Notes: a model not told the origin generated them from the sequence alone. DNA of 64,000 nucleotides from an uncultured Bacillota bacterium (GCA_963804645.1 CAWDRG010000002.1:138330-202329), one strand, 5' to 3'; shown: positions 19,642 through 29,558, numbered from the stretch's first letter. Translations and numbers: made by a program.

Positions 19642-20487
19642 CTACCGGCTTCCCGGCCCGGCCGCGCGGCGCCACGGCAGCGCGAGCCACTCCGCGGCGG
19701 AAACCGCCACGAAGAGCCCGAGCGCCATCACGCTCAGGTAGACGATCGCGGCAAAGACCACATCCACGTGCAGCTGTGCGTTCGCGTGGATCATCGTGAA
19801 TCCAAGCCCGCGCGCCGCGCCGACCCACTCGCCGATCACGGCGCCGATGACGCTCGTCGCGACCGCGATGCGCGTTCCGGAGAACACGAACGGGAGGGCG
19901 GCGGGAATCCGGATCTTCGTGAGGATCTGCCGGGGTCGGGCGCCGAGGATGCGCAGCAGGTTGACCATGTCGGGGTCGGCCGCGCGGAGCCCGTCCACCG
20001 TGTTGACGACGATCGGGAAGAACACGATCAGCGCCGCCATGACCACCTTCGAGGCCATGCCGTAGCCGAACCATACGATCAGGAGCGGGGCGATCGCGAA
20101 CACCGGGACCGTCTGGCTGGCGATGATCAGCGGGTAGACGGCGCGCTCCACCGTCCGCGACGAGAAGATCGCGAGCGCGAGGCCGATGCCGACGACGAAG
20201 GCCACCGCGAACCCGGCGAACACCTCCTGCAGCGTCACCCCGGCGTCCGCGAGCAGCATCGCGTGGTCCGCGATCACAACGCCGGCGATCCGGCTCGGGG
20301 CCGGCAGGATGTAGAACGGCACCCCGAACGCTCGCACCGCCCACTCCCACAGGGCGAGCACCACGAGCAGGAGCGCCGCGGGCGGCCCCGCCCGCCCGGC
20401 CCACCGCGTCCACCGGTCGGCCCAGCGGGCCGTGCCGGCGGGGCGTGGCTCGGCCGCGGGCAGCGCGTGGTGGTCGATGGTGCTCAT
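19642..20487 (-). CDS. thiX: ABC transporter permease (NitT/TauT family)
   Basis: Six predicted TM segments and an EAA-like loop. The ATG at 20487 overlaps the thiZ stop (ATGA). Confidence 0.8.
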   Translation of the reverse strand: MSTIDHHALPAAEPRPAGTARWADRWTRWAGRAGPPAALLLVVLALWEWAVRAFGVPFYILPAPSRIAGVVIADHAMLLADAGVTLQEVFAGFAVAFVVGIGLALAIFSSRTVERAVYPLIIASQTVPVFAIAPLLIVWFGYGMASKVVMAALIVFFPIVVNTVDGLRAADPDMVNLLRILGARPRQILTKIRIPAALPFVFSGTRIAVATSVIGAVIGEWVGAARGLGFTMIHANAQLHVDVVFAAIVYLSVMALGLFVAVSAAEWLALPWRRAAGPGSR

Positions 20488-21269
20488 CGGGACGCCTCGA
20501 GTAGTTCCGGCTGCAGCCACGCGAGGATCTGCGCCTTGCGCTCGACCACGCCCGCGTCCGTCGGACGGCGCGGACGCTCGAGCGGTACCGCCAGTTCGGC
20601 GCGCACCCGCCCGGGGCGCGCGGTCATGACGTAGATGCGGTCGGACAGCAGCACGGCCTCCTCGACGTCGTGGGTGATGAACAGCACCGTGCGGCCGAAC
20701 TCCTCCCGCAGCCGGAGGAGGTAGTCCTGCATCGTCGAGCGCGTCATCGCGTCGAGCGCGCCGAACGGCTCGTCGAGCACCAGCAGGTCCCGGCGGCACA
20801 GCAGCGTCCGCACCAGCGCCACGCGCTGGCGCATGCCGCCCGACAGCGTGGCGGGATACGCGCGCTCGAACCCCTCGAGTCCGAACGTCCGCAGCCACCC
20901 GAGCGCCTCCTCGCGCGCCTCGGCGCGGTCGACTCCCTGCACCTCGAGCCCGAGCGCGGCGTTGTCGACCACCGTGCGCCACGGCAGCAGGAGGTCCTTC
21001 TGCTGCATGTAGGCCACGCGGCTGCCGGTGGCCCCGAGCGGGGTCCCGTCGATCGTGACGGTCCCCTCGTCGGCGGGCACGAGGCCGGCGACGATGTTGC
21101 ACACCGTGCTCTTCCCGCACCCGCTCGGGCCGAGCAGCGTCACGAACTCGTGCTCCTCGACGTGCAGCGATACGCCGGTCAGCGCGTCCACCGACGCGGC
21201 CCCCCTGCCCCGCGCGGCCGATGCGGGAAAACGCTTCGTGACCCGTTCGATCCGGAGTTTCGTGGTCAT
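20484..21269 (-). CDS. thiZ: ABC transporter ATP-binding protein
   Basis: Walker A GPSGCGKST, signature LSGGMRQRV, Walker B LLVLDEPFGALD. A GGGAGG Shine-Dalgarno sits 4 nt upstream of the ATG at 21269. The track start at 21296 adds 9 aa. Confidence 0.85.
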   Translation of the reverse strand: MTTKLRIERVTKRFPASAARGRGAASVDALTGVSLHVEEHEFVTLLGPSGCGKSTVCNIVAGLVPADEGTVTIDGTPLGATGSRVAYMQQKDLLLPWRTVVDNAALGLEVQGVDRAEAREEALGWLRTFGLEGFERAYPATLSGGMRQRVALVRTLLCRRDLLVLDEPFGALDAMTRSTMQDYLLRLREEFGRTVLFITHDVEEAVLLSDRIYVMTARPGRVRAELAVPLERPRRPTDAGVVERKAQILAWLQPELLEASR

Positions 21270-21345
21270 CGGGCCTCCCGTGTGCCCCGCGCGCATCCGC
21301 CGCGCAACGACAACGCGCCGCTCCCGGAACCGGGGCGGCGCGCCT

Positions 21346-21440
21346 CATACTCCCTCCGCTGGCATTACCCAGATCAGGTTCCGGGGTCGATGGCAGGCAG
21401 CCATCCTCTCAGCCTGGTATACCCAAGCTCCCCCACGCTA
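21346..21440 (-). promoter_or_regulatory. TPP (thiamine pyrophosphate) riboswitch
   Basis: Minus-strand RNA reads ...GCGUGGGGGAGC...CAGGCUGAGAGG...CGACCCCGGAACCUGAUCUGGGUAAUGCCAGCGGAGGGAGU... The CUGAGA box, the ACCUGAUCUGG-UAAUGCCAGCG pyrimidine-sensing helix and the AGGGA closing are all present. It lies about 75 nt upstream of thiZ. Confidence 0.85.
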
Positions 21441-21459
21441 TTCAGTTGTTGGCCCATTC

Positions 21460-21487
21460 AGTATACCACACAGCCGTGCGCCCGCAA
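21460..21487 (-). promoter_or_regulatory. Putative sigma-70-like promoter of the thi operon (TTGCGG-N16-TATACT)
   Basis: On the minus strand, TTGCGG (21487-21482) is followed 16 nt later by TATACT (21465-21460). This is about 20 nt upstream of the riboswitch 5' end. Read by eye only. Confidence 0.3.
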
Positions 21488-21559
21488 CCGCGGCGCCGGG
21501 CCGGGCAGCGATTTCGCAAATGGACAGGGGGAAGCCAGACGCCTGCTGGTCTCGGGGCG

Positions 21560-23360
21560 GCATACAAGCTGTCGAACAGTCTTGCGGTAGATTCGCAGGC
21601 GGCACGAGTGCGCGAACGGGAACGGTGGGACGTGATGACGGGGGGAGGACCTGAAGAGTCCGAGTCGCGACTCCGGACCTGGGCATCCCGGCGCTGCCGG
21701 TCAGCTCGAGTCGCGGGTGCACCTGGGCGAACGCTGGGACGACTTGGCGCGCAACCTGGCAGAGCGTCGGCGGCGTGTGGCGGGCGTGACTCAGCACCTG
21801 GCGATGAAAGAACACCAGCAGCAGCGTATAGGCCAGGATGCGAATCATGGTGAGCACCACGAAGGCTTGATCGTGCTGCTGGTGCACCGCCGGATGCTTG
21901 AGCTGGCACTCTTTCGTCAGCGTCTGGAAGACTTCCGTATCAATGCGCCACCGCGAGCGCCCCAGCGCCGCGAGCCCCACTGGGGAACAGGCCAGCCGTC
22001 GAGGCTGCTGGCGTAGAGGTTCGTGCTCTCTTCCCACACCACCGTTTTGTGCCGCGTCCGGTGGCCCCCCTCGCGCTGCGACGCACACGCGCGTCTGCGC
22101 GTCCCGCCGCACCTCCTTGACGCACCGCACGGACCGGTCTCCCGCCGCCCAGTGCACGTCGGGCACATGCCAGCAGGTGCGTCGCGACGTCGAGGCGTAC
22201 CGTCTCCGCCGGCGTCACCTCACTCGTCCTGCGCGCCAGTTCCGCCACCAACTCGGCCTGATTGTCCTTGATGGTGCACACCCAATCGAGGCCGAGCGCT
22301 TCGATGCGCGTCGATGAACGGCTTGCCGAAATAGAGCGCATCCGCCACCAGGACGTCCACGAACCGCCGCCCCAACTGGCCCACGAGCTCCTCCAGCAGG
22401 GCCTGCGCACACGGCGACTTCGCCTTCGCCCGGCGCCTGAAAGCGCAAGCCCCAGCGGAATCGGAAACGGCGTGCTCACAACGGCGACCGCCACGATGCG
22501 GTGATAGTATTGGACGGCGGTCTGCTGGACGCCGTCGACCATCCGCTCCACCGTCCGCTCCAGACAGGTGTCGCAGCAGCGGACGTAGGACTGGCAAATC
22601 TCGATCCCGTCCACCGCGGCCACGATCAAGCCTTGCGCGGCATCCGTGCGCAGCACCCCATTGCGCTTCAGCCGGCGCGCCACCTCGCAGCCCAGCGTCA
22701 ACACCGCCTCAGGCGCCAGGCGCTCGAGGGTGTAGCGCAGCGTGTCCTCACTGAGCGGCCCGATGCGATGGCGCAGCCCGCCGGCCCGGCACTCATACTC
22801 CAACTGATGGAAGCTCGGGATCCGCCCAACCGCGCCCCAGAACACGGCGGCGAAGACCTTCTGGCACGAGTGCTGCGGGTGCTGCCGCCCCTCCGGCAGG
22901 CGGGCCAGCAGCGCCGACCAATCGAAGATTTTCTCCAAATACGCCTCGATCTCGTGCCGCCCCACCGCTACGGGGCCTTCCGCCGTTGCTGGCGCGCCAG
23001 GACGAGCAACTGCACGTTCGCCGTCCAGCACCTCGCGCACCGCGTCCTGAAACGCCCGCCCCGCGTCCACCCGCTGGCGGATCGCGTCGGCCCAGCCCGC
23101 AGGAATATGGATCACCCGCGGGCGCCCCGTCTACGCGCACCTGAGGTGCCAGGCCGGATGGCCCACGCCGGTCGCACAGTGGCACGTCGGTTTCCCGCAC
23201 CGGACATGGCTGAGCGACAGCGACCCCGGCAACATCTCGTCGACGGTCTCCGGCAGGTGCCACTGCCGCTCGAGCCCCGCCTTCCGCTGCCGCAGCCGCG
23301 CGGCCTCCGGACCTCGCGGCGCCGTGAAATCGACTCGCAACTTCGGTTTGCTCATCTTGC
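21560..23360 (-). mobile_element. Degenerate IS4/IS701-like insertion sequence (copy A; transposase split over at least 3 frames)
   Basis: N-terminal Zn-finger segment (23131-23355: RCGKPTCHCATGVGHPAWHL). Middle segment 21940-23115, DDE-region segment 22220-22597 (VLVADALYFGKPFID). C-terminal RWRIDTEVF...LAYTL segment in ORF 21438-22166. All on the minus strand but in different frames. Confidence 0.6.
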
Positions 23361-23589
23361 ATCCGAGTATAATATAAGATACGTAGAATGCAAGCCCGTC
23401 CGCAAATGCAAAAATGCTCCTTCAAGGGTGCCTACCGAAAACCCCGCTGCAGCGGGGCCTAGCCGTCACTCCAGCCCGCCGTTTACGAAATCACTGCCGG
23501 GCCGCGCAGGCATTTCGGAATACGGTCTGGGTCACAAGGAGCCCAGGATCCGACGCCTCCCCGAAGGGACAGGATTGAGCAAGCGGCTG

Positions 23590-25250
23590 GCCTACGAACG
23601 TCGGTACGGGTGCTGGAGGGGCGAATTTCGGGGGGTGCAGAGAGGTTGGCGACGCTGGCGGAGGGTCGGCAGAGCAGAGCCGAGTGGCGCTATGGCTGAA
23701 CCGCTGTTGGCAACGGCCGGGGATAAGCCGAGATTGATCCGCAGCGCGCGCACGAACTGAATCGCTGTCCGCACACCGTGGCTGCCGCGATGCAGATGGC
23801 GCAGCCGATACAACCGCTCGATCGTCAACGCGAGGAACAGCAGGAGCCAGTTGGCAACGATGCTCGTGGCGTGATGGTGGCAGAGGTGTTCCATCCCATG
23901 CAGCGTCTTGGCCACGTTGAAGCCTTCGTTTTCAATCGCCCACCGGCTCTTCGCCATGAGGAACAGCGCCTGGCTCGGGACCTGCGCCATCGGCCAGTCG
24001 GTGAGCCACATCGCTTCGATGACCTTGCCCGTAGGTTTCGTCTGCCGATACAGGAGCACGCGCACCCGGGCCCAGCGCAGAGTCCCCCAGGGCGCGAAGT
24101 TCTCCGCATCCCACACCTCCACGACATCGCCGCGGTAGGTGAACCGGTGCGTGGGGGCATGCCCGCATAGCGTTGTCGCGCCGCCGCGTAGAGGTTCGGC
24201 AAGTTCTTCTTAAGGCGGACCACGGCATGCAGCCCCAGATCGCCGACCGTGTGCAGGAACGGCACCTTCGCAAAGTTGCCGTCCGCCACGACGTAATCGG
24301 CGAACCGCCGGCCCAGGGCCGCGATCCCCCGCGTCAGCACACGCAGCGCCGCCGCGTACTCACTATCGCGCGGCCCGTACAGCTCCACATCGCACGGCAA
24401 GGGCAGCGTGCTGCCCACAACGCTCAGCAGCACTACGTGATGCCGGTACCCAAGAAGCGGCAGCGCTGTTTCGTGTAACCCGACGTCGTCGTCCCGTCCA
24501 CGGCCAGGCCGATCCACGGCGTGCCCGCGAAGGCCTTCGTGCGCTTGGCCCACCGCAGGACGCCGGCCAGACCGCCCGAGTGCGCCCCGGATCCATGCGG
24601 GCCGTGAAATAGGCGAGAGCGTCATTCCCAAACGCGCGGCACACCGCCAGCGCGCGCCGCGCCCGTGACCGCACCAACGCTTCCACGCCCGCGAAAGAAT
24701 CTTCCCGCAGCACATGGCCGACCACCAAGCCCCACACCAATGCGCGCGCAGGAATCCGCGGGCGGAGCCGGCCATCGCCCGGCCGCTCAAAAAAGTCGCC
24801 CAAACGAAGGATATGCGTGACGTACTTCCAGAGCCGACGGGGCGTCGGCCCGCTCACCGCCGCCGCTTCCGCGCCAACACGAACTGCTCCGCGTTGGCCG
24901 TGAGCACGTCGCGCACCGCCTCCTGTAGCGCTCGCCCGGCCGCGACGCGCTGCGCCACTTCTTCCGCCCATTCCTGCGGCACGCGCTCTGTGCGCTTCCG
25001 TCCCTTCACCGTGAAGCTCAATGTCCAGGCGGGATGCCCCGGGCCTGTCGCACAATGACACCCCGGCTGTCCGCACCGCGTCTCGCTCCGTGTGAGCGAC
25101 CCGGGCAACATCGCCGTCACGCTCGCTGGCAGCTGAAAGCGGCGGATCAGCGCATGGCTACGCTGCCGCAGCTTTGCGGCCTCATCTCCGGTCAGCTCGC
25201 GTGGACTCATCGCGTCTCGCATCTTGTAGGTATACTCCTACAAGATTCCC
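23590..25250 (-). mobile_element. Degenerate IS4/IS701-like insertion sequence (copy B, diverged paralog of copy A; frameshifted transposase)
   Basis: 24854-25222 N-terminus (RCGQPGCHCATGPGHPAWTL; IPQEWAEEVAQRVAAGRALQEAV, parallel to copy A). 23825-24790 DDE core (YVVADGNFAKVPFL...VVRLKKN). 23592-24122 C-terminus (SRWAIENEGFNVAKTL). The 5' leader shares blocks with copy A (CCGCAAATGC-AAAAT). An 8-bp perfect inverted repeat CTTGTAGG-TATACT-CCTACAAG lies at 25223-25244. Confidence 0.6.
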
Positions 25251-25476
25251 GCAAAGTCAAGGGGTCCTTACCAAATGCGAAAATAGAACCCCCGATGTCT
25301 CTACACCGGGGGGTGGCTCAAATCCGCTCTGAAGACGTGCGCCTTACTTATGACCCTCGACTATTCCGAAACTACGCGGGCCGCGGTAGTGTCAAGAGTT
25401 ATGTGTAGATTCCCTTGAGAGAGAGCGCCTCGCCTGCCGGACGTTCAGGGCATAGACGATCGCATAAATAATCCGA

Positions 25477-26111
25477 TCACAGCTGGCTACGTTCGTGAAG
25501 CACGTATGGGGCGCGTGCGCCGGCGGACTTCGCGAAACACGCGTTCAATCGCATTTGTGGTGCGGACCCGGCGCCAGTCCGCCTCGGCGACGGATAGAAG
25601 CTGAGCAGGGCGTCCTCCTCGCGCGTCAGACAGGCGACCGCGGCGGGGGCGGTGGCCTGCCAGGCCTGGACCCACTGGCGCAGGAGGCGGCGCGCGGCGT
25701 GGGTGGTCGGTGCCTGATAGATCCGGCGCGCCATGCGCAAACACGCCTCCCGGTCCTTGACCCGCAGCCGATTGGCCACGTTGCGGAGGACATGGACCCA
25801 GCACGCTTGGCGCGGGATGACCGAATAGACCAAATCGAGGGCGGCATGGAGGCCCCGATGACCGTCCGTGGTAATCAGCTGCAACTGCTTCCCCACTAAC
25901 CCCCGGCAGGCCAGCGTCGTGAGAAAGGCTTCCAGGTGGCTTGGGTCTCGTAGCGAGCCAGCCGGAAATCGATCAGGTCCCGCTGCCCGGTGGGCCGAAT
26001 GCCGTAGGCCACGAGAATCAAGCGGCGCTTGCTTCCGCGAGCCCTTTCACCCGGAGGCTGACGGCGTCGAGGAACAGATATTGATTCGGATAACCCACTC
26101 GCTATAAACAC
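25477..26111 (-). mobile_element. IS256-family transposase, 3' portion (fragment, frameshifted)
   Basis: ITTDGHRGLHAALDLVYSVIPRQACWVHVLRNV (DDE, Mutator/IS256 type). WRRVRTTNAIERVFREVRRRTR in a second frame. KRRLILVAYGI in ORF 25896-26111. Confidence 0.65.
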
Positions 26112-26359
26112 GAGCTTTGACCACTAGCGACGAATCTCGAACGTGGTTGGCTTATGGCGAACCGATGACACCGATTGCCTGCGCGTAACTGAGGTGGACA
26201 CATTCGCCCGGCGAGCAGGCTGGCCCGCCCACGCCGCGCGGAATCGGCCGTGGGTCCAAGTAGCGTGCATCCACCTGTGCGTCTCCGTCAGAGATGAGGT
26301 AGTGACCCATGCGCGGATCGGGACCAGGAGCGCTGTAACCGTAGCGTGCGCCGGTGGGA

Positions 26360-26652
26360 CTACCCGGTAACGACCGGCACCTTCTTTAGATAGGTCGGAG
26401 TGAGTGCGTCGAGCGTCTTTGGATACGCGTTTTTGTGGTCGACAGCGTACTCTTCGAGCGCCGTCGCGATCGTCTTGAGAAACGCGAGATCGACGATCGT
26501 GTAGATGGCGCGCGGGTCGCGGCTGGGGTTCATGGCGCCGCGATCTGCACGTCGAGCAGGGGGACAGATAACATAGACCCTGCGGCACGCGCCCCATCCG
26601 ACAAGCACACAAGCGCGGCAATCGAGAGAACCGCGAATAGGCGTCGTCTCAT
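26360..26652 (-). CDS. Two translationally coupled mini-ORFs in a low-GC pocket: a 41-aa signal-peptide-like ORF and a 57-aa type II secretion pseudopilin-like fragment
   Basis: ORF1 26527-26652 is MRRRLFAVLSIAALVCLSDGARAAGS... ORF2 26360-26533 is MNPSRDPRAIYTIVDLAFLKTIATALEEYAVDHKNAYPKTLDALTPTYLKKVPVVTG, resembling the GspG-type pilin globular domain. The two are joined by an ATGA overlap. Local GC is clearly lower than the flanks. Possibly one gene with a frameshift. Confidence 0.3.
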
Positions 26653-26836
26653 GATGCTCTCCTTTATGTCGAACACAGTCTAAACCGGGATTTCCATTGT
26701 CTGTGTCTGAACACCTTGTGTTGAAGGAGTCCATCTGGCTCTTCAGGGACGAGTGTGACCGACGGCCCCATGAAAGGCTGTTCGGGCCCGTCCGAAACCC
26801 CCAATCCCGGGCATGGTCGCGCTGGCCACCGATTTC

Positions 26837-28293
26837 TCAGACACGTCCCCCTCGGCCTCCTTCTCGTCCTTGTTGGCCGCGACGATCGCCGGCTGCTATC
26901 CCGCCGGCACCGACAGCGTCGTAAGCCGCTGCACGATCGCCCCGAACAGTTGCCGCGTGAGGTGCCCCTCCGCCAGCAGCAGCCAGTAGTATCGGGCGTG
27001 TTTCACGAGCCGGCCACCCGTCTTCATCAGCCGCTGCTGCAGACTCGTCAGCGACCAGCGTGTCGATCCGCTTCGGCAGCCCGAGCCGCCGCCAGAGGTT
27101 CCCCAGATTGTACGCAATGATGCTCAGCCACAACCGCACCTCATTCGCCCGGAACCGGTGGCAACTCAATCGCGTCATCTTCACTGCCTGTTTGCCCTCC
27201 TTGATCCACTGCTCCGCCGTCCCGCGTTTATTGTAGAACCGCACCACCGCCCGGCTGTCTGTCGCCAGGGTCGTCACGATGAAGCCCACTCGAGGAAACA
27301 GTTCCCCGCAGTGGAACTCGATCTTCGCCACCACGCGCCGCGCGATCTTCCAACTCGCGGCCTGGTACCGGAAGCTCGTGTACCGCACCACCGGCTTGTG
27401 ACTGGGTCGCCCGACCGGCCGCGTGAGCAGCTCCGCGATGGCCCGCTCCAAGATGTCGTTGGAGGGGATGCGAATGGCGTACGTTGCGTTCCGCGTCTCC
27501 AGGGCTTCGTAGAGCTCCGGCTTGGCAAAACCGGCATCGGCCCGGACGACCACGTCCTTGCCCTGCCGCTGCTGCCGCTCGAGCTCGGGCAGCAGCACCT
27601 GGTCCCACTCCTCGGCGCTGTGGACGTTGCCCGGTCGCAGCTTTGCCGCCAGACAGTCGCCCTCCCGATTGAACAGCAGCAGCGGATGGTAGCAGGTCGA
27701 CGCAAAGTGCCCGTTGTAGGCGCTCTGCTCCTGCTGGCCGTAGACAGGGATCTCGGTACTATCGAGATCGAGCACCACCCGCTGCGGGGTGTCCACGGGG
27801 TCCACCCGTGCGATCAGCTCCCGATTGATCGCGGCCAGCCCGGCGAGGTTCTCATCTTGGGTCAGCAACTCCGTCTCGAAGGAGTGCGCCCGGGACGTCA
27901 GGGCGGCCCCGCGCTCCCAGACGCTGCTCCGACCCGATCAGCCGGAAGGTCGGATCCTGGGAGAGGCGTTCAGCATCATTCACGTCCTCGTACCCCGCCA
28001 ATCGGCGGTAGACCGATTGCCGGACCAGGTCGGCGAGCGGGAACTGCGTGTTCGTGCCCCGCGGATCGGTCAAGTGCTGTGCGATGAGGGTCGCTGAAGC
28101 CCAACCGCTCGTCCAGTTCGCGGACGAGGATCAGGCCGCCATCGGAGGTGACCCGCGCCCCCTGGAACTCGATCTTCAACGCGGTGTTGAACGAGAGCTG
28201 AAAGGGCTGATCGACTAGCGTCCGGTGGTGGAAGGCCGCTGCGGCTTGATCCAAGGTCTGGGTGATCGTCGAGACGGTCGTGGGACTGACCAC
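26837..28293 (-). mobile_element. IS1380-family insertion sequence (transposase in 3 frames), nested inside the IS256 element
   Basis: 27976-28293 (KIEFQGARVTSDGGLILVRELDERLGF). 27852-28073 (VRQSVYRRLAGYEDVNDAERLSQDP). 26837-27868 (DLDSTEIPVYGQQEQSAYNGHF...KRGTAEQWIKEGK...WLSIIAYNL). Confidence 0.7.
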
Positions 28294-28660
28294 GTCGTCG
28301 AGGAAATTGGCGAGGACGGGCCGACCTGGCGGGTGGAGAGGCCGCAGAGGAAGACGGCGCGGACGAGTGCGTTGACGTCACTGGTGCGGCGCTGGTAGCG
28401 GCCGAGCACCGAGGGCTGGACCCCGCTCTGGGGGCCCGGGGAATATGGAGATCGGGGATGGTGCCCCACGTCGTCACCAAACGGCGGCGGTAGACGCCAT
28501 TCCGATACCCCGGCCGGTCCGGATTCCGAGTATACCGGCCAGCATTCAGATGGTTGATCAACTCGTCATGCATCCGGTTCTCCAGCAAGAGCTTGACCGT
28601 GCCGAGCGTCTCCCGCGAGACGTCCCCCACAAGGTTCCTTCGTCCTTGACCTCTTTCCAC
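28215..28660 (-). mobile_element. IS256-family transposase, 5' portion (fragment), separated from its 3' portion by the IS1380 insertion
   Basis: LLENRMHDELINHLNAGRYTRNPDRPGYRNGVYRRRLVTTWGTIPDLHIPR, plus a second frame with RYQRRTSDVNALVRAVFLCGLSTRQV. Both are hallmark IS256 N-terminal blocks. Confidence 0.6.
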
Positions 28661-28984
28661 AGATCGGTGACCGTGAGATCGGTCAGTGGTCGCACACTGG
28701 CCATGGGCGTATCCCTCCTTTTCGTTGGTCAGGTCTGGGGTACGCTCTCTCCCTTGGGGTCCCTGCTTTTACACACAACACCGTACACTGCCGGCCGCGG
28801 GCGCACGGATCACCCCGTCGCTGGCGCGGCCCGGCAGGCGGCGCCGATGCGGCACAGGAAAATGCGTCCGGCGCCATGAACTCAGACAGCGCCGAAGACG
28901 TTTCTGTACGCGATCTCACCATGCTGGGTGTGGACGGCGGGGACGGCTGCGGCTGGCCTGGACGCATGCGGGGAGGACGGCGAC

Positions 28985-29455
28985 ATGCTATCGCGATTCA
29001 CCGAGTGGCGTGGACAGAAGGATAGTCGGGCGATCCGCGCCAGGTTCAAGCTTGCGCTCGTGGGACGGGTCTCGTTGTTCGCGGGGCTGAGCAAACGGGA
29101 AGTCGGCCTGATCGCCAATCTGATCAACGAGGCGGAGTTTCCGGCGGGGACCCAGCTGGTGAAAGCGGGAGAGCCCGGCACGGAGATGTTTATCATCGTC
29201 AGCGGCGACGCCGTCGTCAGGACGAAAGCGGGACGAACCATCCGGTTGAAGGCCGGAGATTTCTTTGGGGAGATGAGCGTGATCGACGGGGCCCCGCGGG
29301 CCGCGACCGTGGACGCCAGCACCCCGATTCGGGTGTTGGTGCTGGGGCAGCGCGACTTTTGGCGCGTGCTGGACGGGTCGAAAGCGATCGTGCGCAAGAT
29401 CATGCACACGCTCTGCGAGCGCCTCCGGGAGACCGACAAATCGGCCTCGGAGTGA
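28985..29455 (+). CDS. Stand-alone cyclic-nucleotide-binding (CNB/cNMP) domain protein
   Basis: About 156 aa with the CAP-effector-domain signature (FFGEMSVIDGAPRAATV; phosphate-binding cassette). No output domain. ATG at 28985. Confidence 0.8.
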   Translation: MLSRFTEWRGQKDSRAIRARFKLALVGRVSLFAGLSKREVGLIANLINEAEFPAGTQLVKAGEPGTEMFIIVSGDAVVRTKAGRTIRLKAGDFFGEMSVIDGAPRAATVDASTPIRVLVLGQRDFWRVLDGSKAIVRKIMHTLCERLRETDKSASE

Positions 29456-29558
29456 GCGGCGGCCCGCGACCGGCCGCCCGCCTGGTGATGCGCGGCCACC
29501 GCCGTCGAGAGCCCCGCGGGCGGTGTCGCACCGCTTCGCAGCGGAGCTAGTGGTTCGG

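Noticed and set aside
25223-25476. Possible small RNA or tRNA in the IS-B / IS256 inter-element spacer
   Set aside because: It contains hairpins (CTTGTAGG…CCTACAAG; CCCCCG…CGGGGG) but no tRNA-like architecture. It is more parsimoniously the IS 5' leader and terminal sequences.
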